A stretch of DNA of 64,000 nt from the human T2T-CHM13v2.0 reference genome, Homo sapiens. Below, piece by piece: positions 1 through 17,660 of this stretch (within the stretch, counting starts at the first letter, position 1; each line of letters starts with the position of its first letter). Location of the stretch: the NCBI RefSeq assembly GCF_009914755.1, contig NC_060929.1; one strand, written 5' to 3'. The position numbers were made by a program, and so were the translations under genes. Under the pieces are notes generated by a model. It had not been told where the DNA came from. It worked only from the letters and a program-made list of their open reading frames with translations, and ran no database searches.

Positions 1-725
1 ACTTGGCTTGAAATTTTAATAAACATAGTCAAGATTTAGTTCATTCTATCTCAGTCTGGGAAATCAATCATCTCTATCTATTTATATAGTAGATAATGGG
101 CAGAATTCACTTGAAGATATTGTAGGATAGCAATTTGCTTATTCATGTGTTTGTTTTCTCCAGGGATTTGTGTATATATACGAATGGTGTTATTAATTTT
201 ATGGTTTTATTATATTATTTATTTTTATATATTATTACAGATAATTAGATTGCATAAAGATTAATCTTATGACAATAACTTAAATATTAAGACTTGATTC
301 TTCTTTTGCCTTCTGCAGAAAAGTACAACTATATTATTTTTGTAATAAAGAGTCACTTTAGTTTACTTTTGTGGAGGGTTTGAATTATGCATGCAAAATA
401 ATGTTTTAAATTTTAGAACATAATTCATGAAAAGTACATGCTTAATGACCAAAATATGCAACTTGGAAATTCATTATGAGAGAAAATCAGACACAATCAG
501 AAAACTATAGGTTTTCTTTGCGAACAGTAAATAATTTGTTTCTTTTTTTGTTTTGTTTTTAATTTTATGCTGTTACTCAGGAATAAGATACAAATATACA
601 ATGAAAATTTTCTGTGCTTTATGTTGAAACATTGCTGATTTTTAATAGTGAAAATGTAGTTTCAGTCAATTAATTACTGAATCTACACATATAAGTGGTA
701 AATATTCTTTATAAAAGAAACCAAT

Positions 726-1043
726 TATCTGGCACAGTGGCTCACACCTATAATCCTAGCACTTTGGGAGGCCAAGGCAGGAGGACTGCTTGAGCCCAGG
801 AGTTCAAGACCAGCCTGAGCAACATGGCAAAACGTGTCTCTAAAAAACAAACAAACGAAAAAAGCAATTACACAAATTAGGCAGGCATGGTGGCATGCAC
901 CTGTGATCCCCATTACTCAGGAGGCTGAAGCAGGAGGATCGCTTAAGCCCAGGAGGTTGAGGATACAGTGAGATGTGATCCCACTCCAGCCTGGGTAACA
1001 GAGTGAGAACCTGTCTCAAAAATAAATAAATAAATAAATAAAA
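726..1043 (+). mobile_element. Alu (AluJ-like)
   Basis: Dimeric Alu; AluJ-type GGAGGATCGCTTAAGCCCAGGAGG; (AAAT)n tail. Confidence 0.95.
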
Positions 1044-2792
1044 TGAAAATAAACAGTAAATATTTAAAAATCATATATTAATGAGATTAAACACATTACA
1101 ATGATTATGCAAATGTTGATAATTGTTAAACAGAAAAATCACCAACTTTTATTCCTATGAACATAATTTCTCTTTTATGAAAAAGTCTGAAAACACCAGT
1201 TACCCACTTTCCAGCTTTGCTTGAACAATTCTAGTCAATGAGACACAAAAACAGAACTCTTGACATCAACTTCTGGAGAATATTTTTCTCTTTGATAAAT
1301 AGAGAGATGTGAGGCGAATTCATGCACAGTCTGACACTTCCCTCAGTTGACCAAAGACGTAATGTGTGGGGAATGTACAGGAACCATGTGTCAAGGTTGA
1401 AACCACCATGAGGAAGAAAACAAATAATCTCCAGAGGGCAAAGTGTAGAGACGGAAAGTGGTCCGAGATGGTACCACAGAGTCACGTATTGGAGCCCTGA
1501 AACAGCCTACTTCAAACTTCTCATTACCTGAATCAAAAAGTATCTTTATTCCATAAACCATTGATAGTAAGATATTCAGTTTTTGTACCAAAAATATCTT
1601 AACTAATACAGAAAAATCATTAGTTTTAAAATATGCATTTTTCAATTCTAAAACTTACGATTGAACTATTCCACAATATAGAATAAGATAAGCAACAAAT
1701 GATATGTCGATATATTATAATTAAATGTCTCTTTGACCATTACTTTATCTAGACATAGGAGAATAATTTAGTTCTATGAAATTATTTAGTAAATATGAAA
1801 TATGTCATGAAATACTTTCAAGAGCGCAGACATATTTTTATGCAAAATTTTCATTTTTAATTTTACCCCTATTTCAGAAGAATTTGACTTCCAAGTCAAC
1901 TTCAAAGAATTAAATTTATGTAAAGAAGGGAAAACAAGTCACTTTGGTTCGTGTAATGCTTCTAAGTATATTTTATTATGGACAATATTCATTAAATATT
2001 TGGCCATAAAGGAAAGCATGATCCTGCACTGTAATTTAAATAATTGCCTGTGGCATTGCCTAGAATTCTGCTCCAACTCTTACAAGTTGCTGACAGGATG
2101 CTTTTAGCCTCTGAATCAAATCATTTCTTGTAAAATAAACGTATCCACTTACCCTATGTCCTTCTCTTTTGCATATTTTCCAAATTTCTGCCATCATGTT
2201 TATTTGTAAATAATAGTGTATTTGATTTTTCTCATGAACTCCTCAAAATATCTGTTTTTCTGACATCATGCCTTTCTGCATTAAGTGTATTATGTATTTA
2301 CTAACACACATACATACTGTGAGTTGAATTTTGAGGGTACAGGGAAGTATATTCCCACCAGTCAAACTTCTTGAATAGACATATCTGCAGAAGGTTTTCT
2401 GTGGCTTTTGGAAATGAAGACAAATTTCAAGATGTGAAAATGACAACATTGGCTCTAGATCCATAGATATGATTGATAAATATTTTAGAGTAGTGAGTAG
2501 TATCTTACTATCATCAGTGTGTTTTGTTTTATATTTGAATTCTTTTACCCAAATCATAATTATCTATCTTAGTGGACATCTTTCTATTCTCTCTATGACA
2601 TTTGGACAGATGGAGTTATGTATTCAGTTATATTATATTGTAATATTTGTATTCTTAAAGGTCATATATTTCCACTATGCAAAATTGTGCATAAGGAAAA
2701 TAAGGCAAGGGAAAAATTTTTGGTAAGTATTTTTGGTGGCACACACAAAATAGACAGTAATCTAATAATAATGATAGCACAGATTTACACAT

Positions 2793-5462
<2,670 letters not shown>

Positions 5463-6372
5463 CATATTAAATGGTTTAGAAATGCATAAATAGTACAATA
5501 TGGCACTCCACCTTGAAAAGGACCTGAAATTTGTTTGTAAATGGATGTCAGAAGAAATGCAGCTTGTTAGCTTTTATGAAGCAGTGTTGTAAGCATTATC
5601 TGAAATGACAGGAAAAGTTATAACATCAGATATGAAAGAACGTGGCTTATAGTACTGAGATAACTGGTAGATCTGTGAGTGTGTGTGCGCGTACATATTT
5701 GTGTATTTTTAGAAGGCTTAATTCTGCTGAGTGCAATTTTCTCTGTTCAGCTTGTGATTCTTAAAGATGAAATTACACACAAGCAAAAGTGAAATTTGCC
5801 TTATGCTCAAAATGTTACTAATAATCAATTGTGTTGAGGCAAATTCCTATGTTCAATAAAACGTACAACAGAAGAAAAGACTGTATATAGAAAACCCTTC
5901 ATTTCTCAACATTAAGTAATCTAATAAAACGTGCGTGATTTTTTTATAGAAAGTCTCCATGAAAAGAAGACGCTAAGCAAAAGTTATCTATTTAGGTTAG
6001 GGGTTCGAGAATATAAAATAAAAGGAAACAACTCATCTAAATATGCCTGTGTACTCTAATTGTTTCATGTGTAACCTTGATTTCTTGTTTCAGTTTAAAG
6101 ATATCAAATTTTAAGTTTCCATTTTGCTTCCTGGATATAAATGATGCAAGAAAGAAAAAAATTCTGATTTAAAGATTAGTTTTCCAAGAAAAGAATCTAT
6201 ACCTACAAGTTAAAATAAATAGATATGTGTATGTTTTGGTTAATATAAAATGCTTTAAATATAGTTCTTTTATAATTTTTCTCTTTAAACATTTTGGGAA
6301 ATACTGATCAAATACTAGTCCTCATCATATTGGTTTAGATGGCTCTGTATTGTTTTGCATAAATAACAAATC

Positions 6373-6403
<31 letters not shown>

Positions 6404-6851
6404 AGTTCTGGGATACACGTGCAGAACATGCAGGTTTGTTATACAGGTATACGTGTGCCACGGTAGTTGGCTGCACCTATCAACCCGTTATCTAGGTTTT
6501 AAGCCCAGCATGCATTAGGTATTTGTCCTAATGCTCTCCGTCCCCTTGTCCCCGAACCCCTGACAATCTTCGGTGTGTGATATTCCCCTCCCTGTGTCCA
6601 TGTGTTCTCATTGTTCAACTCCCACTTATGAGTGAGAACATGTGATGTTTGGTTTTCTGTTCCTGTGTTAGTTTGCTGAGAATGATGGCTTCCAGCTTCA
6701 TCCATGTCCCTGCAAAAGATGTGAACTCATTCTCTTTTATGGCTGCATAATATTCCATGGTGAATATGTGCCACATTTTCTCTATCCAGTCTATTATTGT
6801 TGTACATTTGGGTTGGTTCCAAGTTTTTGCGATTGTAAATAGTGCTGCAAT
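6373..6851 (-). mobile_element. L1PA 3' end (older L1PA, about PA8-10), 5'-truncated
   Basis: Poly-T, antisense L1 3'UTR; ORF 6615-6890 encodes the ORF2 C-terminus (IAALFTIAKTWNQPKC). Confidence 0.92.
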
Positions 6852-7965
6852 TATGTTTTTTTTTAGTAGCAAATACCACACAATCTCCATAACATTATCT
6901 CAACAAAATTTTATTTCTCTTTTACATACCTTTCCAGGTTAAGTTGGAACACTGTCTTTGGAGACTCTCCCCAAGTCAGAATACCTATATTTTCCAAAAT
7001 CAGTCAGTATGGAGACCTCTTTCATTTTGTAATGCCCAGCCTCCACAGTCACCGCAGAATGGGGAAAGAATGTGAAATGTGAAAATGTTTTCATGGCTTG
7101 AAAGTGCTCTACAACTCTTCCACTCACATCCCATTAACTAGAATTCAATCAGAAAATTATTCTTGCTGGCCTCACAAAAATAAAAAAAAGGCAGATTTAC
7201 ATAATTTTTGACTCAGAAATTTATAAATTATAAAGAAACGAATACATAATTTGAAAGTTTAAATAAAATCTAGATATCATATGTTGGGTAACTATGATGA
7301 TAAATACAATAAGAATGATAATATTAGCATATTATGCTTACCACTATTATATAATAATATAAGAATTAATAACAATTTATTGATAATGATAATATTAGCA
7401 TATATTATGCTAATCTTTATACAATAATGATAATATCAGTATATATGTATTACCACTTAAAATATTACAAACTGTTTCATATAATAATTAATTATTGGAA
7501 AAATCCTATGAAGTTGATTACATAATTACTACTTTTTAGATAAAAAATACTATCAGTAAGAATAAATAATGTGTTTGAGTTGCTGAAGCTTAAAATAATT
7601 TACTCAATATAAATTATAGCCTTGATGTTTTTATTCTCAATTATCAACACTGATATTTTGACTAGAAATTGTAATTCCTTCTGGGATATCTAATTGTTGC
7701 CATAGAGTTACTTAACAATTGTTTAAAATTATTTTTTCCTTTTTTCTTATTGTAAAATACACAGGAAATGCAACAAAATTTATCCTAGCCATACTAAAAG
7801 TAGATTTAAACATCTCTAAATGCAAGAAAAGTGAGATGTCAGAAATATATGAATATAACCAATCTAAATACGATTGTAAAAATATATCTAACATATAATA
7901 GTTATAGATTATACGTGTGTTTTATATATATTTTGTACATTTGTATATATACTTTAACCCTTTAA

Positions 7966-8264
7966 TTTTTTTTTTCTTTTTTTAGGCAAAGTCCTGCTCT
8001 GTCACCCAGGGTGGAGTGCAGTGGCATGATCTCAGCTCCCTGCAACCTCCACCTCCCAGGTCCAAGCGTTTCTCCTGCCTCAGCTTCTGGAGTAGGTGAG
8101 ATCACAGGTGTGTGCCACCACACCTGGCTAATTTTTGTATTTTTACTAGAGACAGGGTTTCGCCATGATGGCCAGACTGGTCTTGAACTCCTGAGCTCAA
8201 CCGATCTGCCTGCCCTGGCCTCCCAAAGTGCTGAGATTACCAGCGTGAGCCACCACACCTGACT
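7966..8264 (-). mobile_element. Alu (AluS-like)
   Basis: Antisense full-length Alu with poly-T. Confidence 0.95.
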
Positions 8265-9499
8265 GTCTTAACTCTTATAAAATAATATATATATACACCT
8301 TATTTGCATGTAGTCATGGTATAGATGTTACTATATTTCGCTTTCCCTTTTATAAATTCTTACTCACATTGTACATTCTTACTATAAAATCTTTTTTTAT
8401 ACCCAAACATAAGGAGTTAGTTACCTAGTTTTCTCATAAAAAGTTTTCTATCACCCTTTGATGCTAATTTTATGACTAATAATCTCTTTAACCGTTTTTG
8501 AAGAATGTGACAAGAACAAATTACTAAATTCAAAGCATACAAAGATTTTGTCAAGATAATTGTCTTTTTCCCAAGATATTTCTATTTAAGAAGTTACAGA
8601 ACTTGGGGAATACAAATCCTTTATGACACTGACTACAAATGAATGATTAATTTGGGAATTCATGTTGGTGTTTTGTGAAATTATAGGTCACTTAAATATC
8701 CAAAAGTATGTATATACTCAATGGAGCATAGTTATTCAGGAATATTGAAAATTAACGGGTTCTTCAGTTTATCATTTGAAAAAACAACAACATCTAATAT
8801 AGCTGTTAGTGATTTACTTTACTTTGTGCAAATGTGTGTTTTGTGCAACTAATGTAAAGAGTAAAAAGTTGCTTTAATTATGTAGTGGATGACGATGAGA
8901 ATTGTTCTGTTTACTCAAAAAAATTTTGTGTTTCATATACAAACAACCTCATCAACAATCTGTTTTCCTGTACCTTTGAGAATTTAGATTTCCTTTCTCA
9001 GTATTAAATTCGATTGCTTCATGAATATAAAATGACAATGAACCGTCCTTTCAAAAGGACAACCAAAGGAAACTGTGAGAGTTGGCTTATTCAGATTTAA
9101 ATTTCAATCTGGGAAAACATGTCTCAACAAGATTATGTTGTTTTTTTTCTCCCAAGCTGAAAATAGATGACCATTCCAGGAAAAAAGTAAATATAATTAA
9201 ACTTATTTTTTGGACAATTATATGATATAAATATTTTAAATATTCACAATATTAACACAGTCTTCATCTTTTGCAAGCAACCCTCTAATATCACTGTTAT
9301 TTGACTGAACACAAACGCCTTTGTTAGTAATAACAGTAAGCAGCACAGAAATATGCTATACTAGGAAAAATGATTGCTTAATAATTTCTTAATGCCAAAC
9401 CTTACACCCTTATTTGCACATGTATTGAATATACTTAAGAGAAACAATGTATATTTAGTACAATACTCAGAACAAAATGTTGTAAATATGTTATTACTT

Positions 9500-9655
9500 A
9501 ATATTTGTACAATGGTCCTGCAGGTTATACGTTATTAGCACTGTTTTGAAAATGATAAAATTAAGAAAAAAAAACTACCCTGGAAACACATGTAACAAGT
9601 GAACAAGAGAATTTGAGTTTAAATCTAATATTTCAGCATTCATTGCACTATGCCG
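9500..9655. mobile_element. MIR relic
   Basis: Degenerate MIR core-like sequence (TATTAGCACTGTTTTGAAAATGATAAAATTAAG). Confidence 0.45.
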
Positions 9656-10091
9656 CATGGTAGTACACCCCAAGTTGTACACCACACAAAAGATTTCCTT
9701 AGAAGAATTTATTTGAATCTGAATGACTCTGACAAGACAAATACTCAAAATGACTTTTAAAACTTTTATTTATTAGTTTCTATTCTATCTATATTTTATT
9801 AACTTTTACATAATATTCTACGAAACTATTCCTGTTACAGCTATATTTATTCGAGGTAATTCTGGATTAAATGACACACTTTGGCACAATAAATATTTTA
9901 TAGTAGTTTATTCTACCAAGTTAATAACGGAAAAACCAATTAAGAAAATTTATAAAGTATAGGGTCATATATGTGTTTTGATTATTTTATTCTGTGGTTG
10001 CCTTTTCTCATCATAAAACTCACATATTTACTGAGAAAAATTGTAATTTCGACTTAAAATATTGTATGTATAAACAAATCAAAAGTTTTAG

Positions 10092-10425
<334 letters not shown>

Positions 10426-10924
10426 ATGAAGCCGCATTTTTAAAGTCAAATAAATATGGCAGGTTACACATAGCATTTCCTTAGGTTTTGCTTTTTATTT
10501 ACCATATTAATTCCAAAATGATTTTTTATAAACATGCACATAATCGTATTAATTTTAATATCTTGCTTTCTTGATAAATGTTCATTACTAGAAATATTAG
10601 TTTGCTTTATTAAGCAACAAATATCAATTTTAAATATTTTTAATTATAATTATGCTTTATAAATCCTAAATCAGTTTCACAATCCTGATGGTACTTTCTT
10701 TTTTTTCCCAGAACTTCTGTGACTTCTTATACTTCCCATGAGATATGTTACTATTACTAAAACTTTGCCTTCATTTTGTTTTTAATTTCACTCATTTATG
10801 TGTGTGTATTTGTGTGTCCATACACACACACACACATAGATATCTATGTCTTTGCATCTAGACGCTTATATGTGATTAATATAATTTTACATCTTTTTTC
10901 TCTTATTTTATCTTATTCCTACAC

Positions 10925-11000
10925 ATTCACTTCATTCCCAAAAAGTTATTTCCCAAAAAGTTCATTCCCAAAAATTTATTCACTTCATTCCCAAAAAGTT
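10925..11000. repeat. Short tandem duplication of (ATTCACTTC)ATTCCCAAAAAGTT units
   Basis: Exact 23-mer at 10925-10947 and 10978-11000, with two shorter copies between. Confidence 0.85.
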
Positions 11001-11627
11001 TCGATATTTCACATTTAACAATGTGAAAATTTCATCCTCACGTAAAGTAGACCTTCAAGGGAAAAAAAATTGAGGGGTGCAAAATAATGAAGAAGGTGAG
11101 TAAATGTCAGGAGAATTTGGCATTCACAGGCAGTAGTCAGTTAATTCTATATCAAATATTAAAGAAAGGAGAGATAGTCAATATTACATATTGAAGAAAG
11201 AAACGTGTAAAGCCCATATGGAAATAAAATACTACCAATATAATAAAAAGGAACAAAAGTCTCTAGGAATAAAGCAATTTTGTCTAACAAGAGGTATATA
11301 AAGCATTCTCAAGGACTCTTAAAGAAACAGTGAGTAGACTATACCTCAGTGCCTCTCAAAACTATTTTTACCAACCAATATTTTAAAGAAAAAAGATAAG
11401 TCAGTCTCTACTGCAGCAATGTTTTTAAAGGGTACAAAGAAAATGTGTGTTTCTTTACAATGTTCACTCTCTTCTCTTCCTATAATAACAGTATTTTAAT
11501 TTAGCAATATTAATTACCCTTAACTTTTCCTTGAAATGCTTTTGTACATCTGTCTTAATAAGCTGGGAGGAGGAATAAAACAGGCTAAAAACTTCTTGCT
11601 TCAATATTTTTATTTATTTTAACATAA

Positions 11628-11956
11628 TTTTTTTTCTTTCTTTCTTTCTTTTTTTTTTTTTTTTTTTTTTTTTTGAGATGGAGTCTTGCTCTGTCATCCA
11701 GGCAGGAGTGCAGAAGCATGAGCTCGGCTCACTGCAAACACTGCCTGCTGGGTTCAAGCGATTCTCCTGCCTCAGCCTCCTGAGTAGCCAGGATTACAAG
11801 CATGCACCACCATGCTCAGCTAACTTTTGCATTTTCAGTAGAGACAGGGTTTCACCATGATGGTCAGGCTGGTCTCGAACTCCTGACCTCAAGTGATCTA
11901 CCCGCCTAGGCCTCCCAAAGCGCTGGGATTACAGTCTTGAGCCACTGCACAGGGCC
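11628..11956 (-). mobile_element. Alu (AluS-like)
   Basis: Antisense Alu with a long T/CTTT tail. Confidence 0.95.
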
Positions 11957-12051
11957 TTGTTTCGTTATTTAAATACTACCTGTTTAAATCCTGGTATTTA
12001 CATGTCCCTCAAGTGTATAGCAGTAGTAGTTAATGTAGAAATATTAGTGAG

Positions 12052-12514
12052 TGTGAAAATTTTCAAGATTAAAATGGAGTCGCTTTTGTTGAAACACTGA
12101 AAAATTGAGCTGAGAAAAGCCCTTGTAGGGAGGGTGCTCATGTAGGACATCTGATAACAAGAACTATCACAAAAGACTGCAGAAACAACTTGCCCAAGGG
12201 CCATTGCAACTTTACACAACCCCCCACACACAAATCCTTCTAAGAGGACATCTGCCAAGCAACTGCCAGTTCAGTCTTGACCTGGTGCCACCCTTGTTAT
12301 TGATTCTTATAGCCAAGAATAAGTATCTAAAACCTATTAGGCAATCCTCTGAAAAAGTTGTTATGTTTTTCCTTTAAAAACATTTGTCTTCATTTATCTC
12401 CCATAATAGGCACATAGTTTACTACAGTATGCAAATTCTCATTACAATGCCCATTACCAAATAAATATCATTTTTTTAGAGAGTCTTCCTTTCCGTTTAT
12501 TATTTGGGTTAACC
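12052..12514 (+). mobile_element. ERV1 solo LTR (LTR54-like)
   Basis: Starts TGTGAAA...AAAATGGAGTC, contains AATAAA, ends GGTTAACC; 4-bp TSD TGAG on both sides. Confidence 0.8.
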
Positions 12515-12544
12515 TGAGAAACACAAATTTTTCTTGAAGTGATA

Positions 12545-12685
12545 CCAACCCATAAAAATGATAAACACCCGAGGTGACGAATACCCCAAATTACCCTGAC
12601 TTGTTCATCACATATTCTATTCATGTCACAAACACTCACATACACACCATAAATATATAAATTGTTATATCAATAAATAATAAAG
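12545..12685 (+). mobile_element. L1MA-type 3' terminal fragment
   Basis: GAGGTGACGAATACCCCAAATTACCCTGACTTG...AATAAA, typical of an L1MA 3' end. Confidence 0.65.
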
Positions 12686-14118
12686 AAAGCCAGGTGCTAG
12701 TCAATACAACGGAACCACAACCTTGCAGGAATTTGGAGATCTTCAAGGTTGCCGTGTCCATCACAGGTCCAGAGTGCTAGAGCCTTGAGGGCAGAACACT
12801 ACCAAGGGAGGGCCCAGGGTGTCCATGCAACCTCGGGGCTTGCTGTCCAGGGCAGTCTCAAGTCTCTGCTTCCCACATTCTGGTGCAATACTCCTGGGTT
12901 GCACCAGTTATGGCTAAAGCAGGTGGAGGTGTGGATGGGGCCATGGCTCCAGAGTATGCAAGCATTGAGGTTTGCTTTCATCCACATGTTGTTAACTCTG
13001 TAGGCGTGCAGATTGCAAGAGAGCTGTGGAGGCATGACTGCCTCCAACTATATTTTAAAGGATTCCCTGTAGAACAACAGGGCCCAGGCACAGAACTGCT
13101 GCCGGTGTGGGGCCCCCTTAGAGAGCCTTTGCTCAGGCAATGTTTAGTAGTGCTGCGGGTGCAAGGTCACCTGCAAAAACCCAATCCTGTAGAGTCACCA
13201 GTGTTCAAGGCCAGCCTGGGAGAGCCACAGGCATCTGACTCCAACTTCCAAGAGCTGCAAATTGGGCTGTGCCAAGCAAAATCATGAGGGCATGGTCCCC
13301 TGGAGCCTTGAGTGTTCAACCCTACTCCAGTGTGTCTGGAAGGTGAGACATAGAATAAAGAAGATTATTCTCAAGGTTTAAGATGTAATGCTGTTTGCCC
13401 TGTTGGATTTTGGACTTACTTGAAGCCTGTTACTTCTTTCTTCTTGCCTATTTCTTTTACAATAGAAATGTCTATCCTATGGCTGTCCTACCATTGCATT
13501 CTGGAAGCACATAACTTGTTTGATTTCACAGGCTAACACCCAGAAGGGAATTTGCCTCATGATGAATTGTGCCTTAAATTTCACCCATGTCTGATTTAGA
13601 CAATATTTAAATAAGACATTTGACTTAGACTTTCAAGTTGACCCCAGAATAAATTGAGACTTTTGGTGGCTATTGGATTGGAATGAATGTGTTTTCTATG
13701 TAAGAAAGATGTAATTTTTTGAGGAGGGAGAGGGCCAGAAAGCTTTGGTTTGAATGATGCTGTTTCCTGCAAAATTCACATTGAAAGCTAATCACTGAGG
13801 CAACAGTATCAAGAGGTTTGGTCTTTAGGAGGACCTTGAGACATGACAGTTATGTTTTTATGAATGGGATTAGATTATAAAAGGATTTGATTGAGGAAGT
13901 TTGCCCCTTTTTACCCCTTCCTCCCTTATGCCACATGAGGACACGTGAGGAAACCCTCCTCTAGAGTTTGCAGAAACAAGGCACCATCTTGGAAGCAGAG
14001 AGACTGGGCTTTCACCACATCTTAATCTTGGAGTTCCCAGCTTCATAAATGTAAGAAATAAAATTCTGTACTTTATAAATTACCCAGTCTCAGGTATTTT
14101 TTTATAGTAACTAAGATA
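12686..14118 (+). mobile_element. MaLR internal 3' half plus LTR (MSTD/MLT1A-like), 5' part missing
   Basis: MaLR internal similar to 4130-5130, purine tract ~13720, LTR 13741-14118 ending ACTAAGATA; explains ORF 12883-13287. Confidence 0.8.
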
Positions 14119-14989
14119 ATGGGCAATGGGAATAAAGTGTGATTTAAACAAAGTTCATCATCACCTTCAAGAGCTCTATATTAGTATCTTAAGATTTAAG
14201 ACTTAGGTCTTAATTATTTGAGCAAGGAACTTAATTTTAACACATATTTACTTAGGAGTATTAAACATACTAAAATTTCATACATAAATGGTATTCTTCA
14301 TGAAAATTTACTTTGTTTTTAAGAAAAATACATAAAGAAAATTGTTAACAAATATTTTTCTTATTCAAGAGATAAGATATTTTAAATATTTTGCCCCTAT
14401 GTATTAGCTGTAAAGTATATTCCAGGTATATTTTGGACTTGGTATAAATTCTGGCTTCTTCACGTATAAACCGGAAAAGTTTGACTGGAATTTTCTAGCT
14501 TTCGCAGGTGCAAGTGTGTTTAATAGTTAGATCTTACAACGAATCTATTGAGCCCTAGAGCTATGACTTCAAATTAAAGAACAGCTGCTTGGCAACATTT
14601 TCTTCCATGAACAAGAATCAAAATATAGGCACTATAGAGAATTATGAATAACAAAAAATGTCTTTTAAAATTAAAAGTTTACCTTAGCAATATTGTACCG
14701 TCCTGGATGTTAGTTAAATTCTGTACTATTTAATAACATTTTGTGTTTTATTGTGTGGTTTATCCACAAAGGAGTTACCTTTATTCTCTTATTTCTTCAT
14801 GACTCCTCTTCATAATCGTCCTCATTCTTCTGTCTTCACTTTTCAGTCTCTAGCGTCGTCTAAATCTAATGTGATCTTCTGCTAAAAACAAATGCATGTT
14901 AATTCACACTTCTTCATTTTAGTTAATTAACACTATCACGTTAGTAGCAATATTAATTTACACTTGTCAGATAGTCTTAAATCTCCCAT

Positions 14990-15640
14990 TATAAATATAT
15001 ATTATATATCAATCTTAATACAATGAATAAATATATTTTAATACTGTATATAGTATTTTTATACATACTCTATATACAATACTATGTAGATATATATCTA
15101 TATATCTATAGTATTATATGTAGTATTACATGATGTATAATTTTATATAATACAATACTATGTAGATATATATTATATGTAGTTATATATTATGATTATG
15201 TTTATAAAAATTATATATAATATAGTTACATAGAATATATTATATAAGACATTATATAATACATAATTATACACTAGAATAGCTATACGTATAATAATTA
15301 TGCATCAATATAGTATTATATAATTATATAATTATAATTATTATTATAATAATATAATTATAATAATAATTATAATTACAATTATATTATTATAATATAA
15401 TAATAATTATAATTATATTAATATATTATAATATAATTATAATTATATTAATATAATTATAATAATAATTATATTATAATAATATAATTATAATAATTAT
15501 TATAATTATAATGATATAATTATAATAATTATTATAATTATATAATTATATAACTATGTAATACATAATTATGTGATACTACATATCTATATAATATACA
15601 ATACTATATATCCACTATATATAGTAAATATATCTCTATA
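14990..15640. repeat. AT-rich low-complexity (TA)n/(TAA)n array
   Basis: Core ~15310-15555 is almost entirely A/T with ATAATT-type units. Confidence 0.95.
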
Positions 15641-17379
15641 CATAAGAGAACCTGTATTTTAGCAGAGAATTCTTTATCTGAATCATTCTCCTTCCAGATA
15701 AATTGAACCAAAAAATGTAAGGTAAATGCAAACTATAATTTCATAACAAATTATCAATATTCAAATACTGTCATTTAAGTTGAATGAAAATATCAAACCT
15801 TCATGTGATGAGATGACTTTGTGTATTTTCAACCTTTCTTATTGATCTGTCTCTATGCCTAAGAATTAGAAACAATCAATTCAGCCAAATGGTAGTCAAA
15901 ATAACAGAGCTACATTATATATGTTTTAAGGACCTGTCTTTTAACTGGCTTTATACTCTATTACATTACTTTCTCTTCCCTCTTGATTACCTCAATTAAA
16001 TGCCATTTATTTTTTGGTATTGCATTTATTTTGTGTTTTTTTTAAGGTCAACTATAATTCTTTGGGAAATATACAATGCTTCAACATATCCATTCATAAT
16101 AAATCCACTTAGATTAATATGAATTGTGAGTATCGACCAACATTTCTATTCCTCTTTTATTCCCCACCTTGCCTCACTAAATTCTATATATCTAAACATG
16201 GAAAGTAATTTAAGTTTTAATAATTGTCTTCCATTATATGTCCTAATAAATCATAGAGAGCAAAGGACCAGCTTTGGTTGCAAAGATATGTGATTGTAGA
16301 TCAGCAGAGCAGCAGATTGGTTATGCATTTTGAATTTGTTTTTGTATTTAATAATTATTAATTTGGGTTAGAGAAAATGTCATGCTTTTTCCTCTTATCT
16401 CTGAGCAATGTAATTTCCTCCATACCATAGGATCTTAGAAATACAATCAAACTTAAAATTCCATAAAAGGGTTTCCAAAACTTAGGGTCACTTCGTCTTC
16501 TTGTGAGAAAGATATAATTTAGGGAGTCATCATGAGAAGTTCTGAGTCATTATTCTCAGAATGGATTTGAACTCTTATTTTTAATAAGGGACTTAGGAGA
16601 CTTGGTGAAAATTGTCCCACTTCTTGATGTACATTTTAAAACCACTTATACCAAAATGGTTGACTTATTTTTGTATTGATTAAAGAGCTTTTTTAGGTAT
16701 TAAGTGAAATATTTTACATAAACCATTTCAAGTATTTTCCATAATGCAATAGTCACATAATAAATACCTATTATAATTAATTTTGTTATGGTAATTAATA
16801 TTGTTGGTGCTTTACAAGTTCAGTGTAGATAAAACAGAGACCCAAGTGAGGGATGAGGTCAAAGTACTTTCTTACTGTAAAATTACTTCCTCTTCCCTCT
16901 TGATTACCTTAATTACTGATAAATTCTCTGTGGATAATTTATGGGAAAATTGTAACTATAAATTGTCTTCACTGAATTAAGCAGATTCACCTTATCACAA
17001 AAAACTGACTTAAAAAATGTGGAGGTTCTCCACATGAAGATTTGTAATTTCCGGAAAAGGGTATAATTTTTTTCCCAAACTGACAATCTATATACCTTAT
17101 ACATGTGCATAGACATATACATATATAATGTATGTATATATACATAAAGAAAAGGTTTCTTAAATTATAATGGTAAAAACAAGATAATTGTACATTTATT
17201 GAGAAGAAAAATTTAAGTAAAGAAAAAGGCAAAAGATTTTCAAAATATAAATAATGAGCAAGTAAATAAAGGTAATCAGAAATTTAAACATATTTGCAAG
17301 TATTTTCATCTACTGAGATATAAAAGCAGTTTTACCATTTGCACGTTCAATTCTAGCTGTTGTTAAAGAAGGCATTTCA

Positions 17380-17660
17380 AAGACTGGTGGTGAAAGTATA
17401 AATTTCCATGTTTTTGCATAACATATTGCACAATAATACAATAGCTTGTAGGATGCTAATGTTACTTGATCAAGTCATTTCTCTCTTTGATGTTCATCTC
17501 ATGAAAATAATGTAACATGTAGACAGATGTGCACACTGTGTATATTTAATGCTTTATAACCATGAGAGGTGAAAACAAGCTAATATTAACTAACAAGAAT
17601 ATCCTGAGTGAATGAATTACAGTATTTCCATAAAATATAAAATGCTGTGCAATGTTTAAG
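17380..17660 (+). mobile_element. Old L1M (L1ME-like) ORF2 3' relic
   Basis: Degenerate match to the L1 CTGGTGGGAATGTAAAT...GACCCAGCAATTCC region. Confidence 0.55.

Noticed and set aside
140-320. Splice-acceptor-like motifs (TTTTCTCCAG at 163, CCTTCTGCAG at 318)
   Set aside because: No matching strong donor or coding frame nearby
7314-7442. Three AATGATAATATTAGCAT-like copies and a 9-bp hairpin (7394-7414)
   Set aside because: AT-rich slippage products; expected by chance at this composition
10925-11000. Repeated CCCAAAAAGTT units as a CRISPR-like array
   Set aside because: No unique spacers; a simple slippage duplication in eukaryotic DNA
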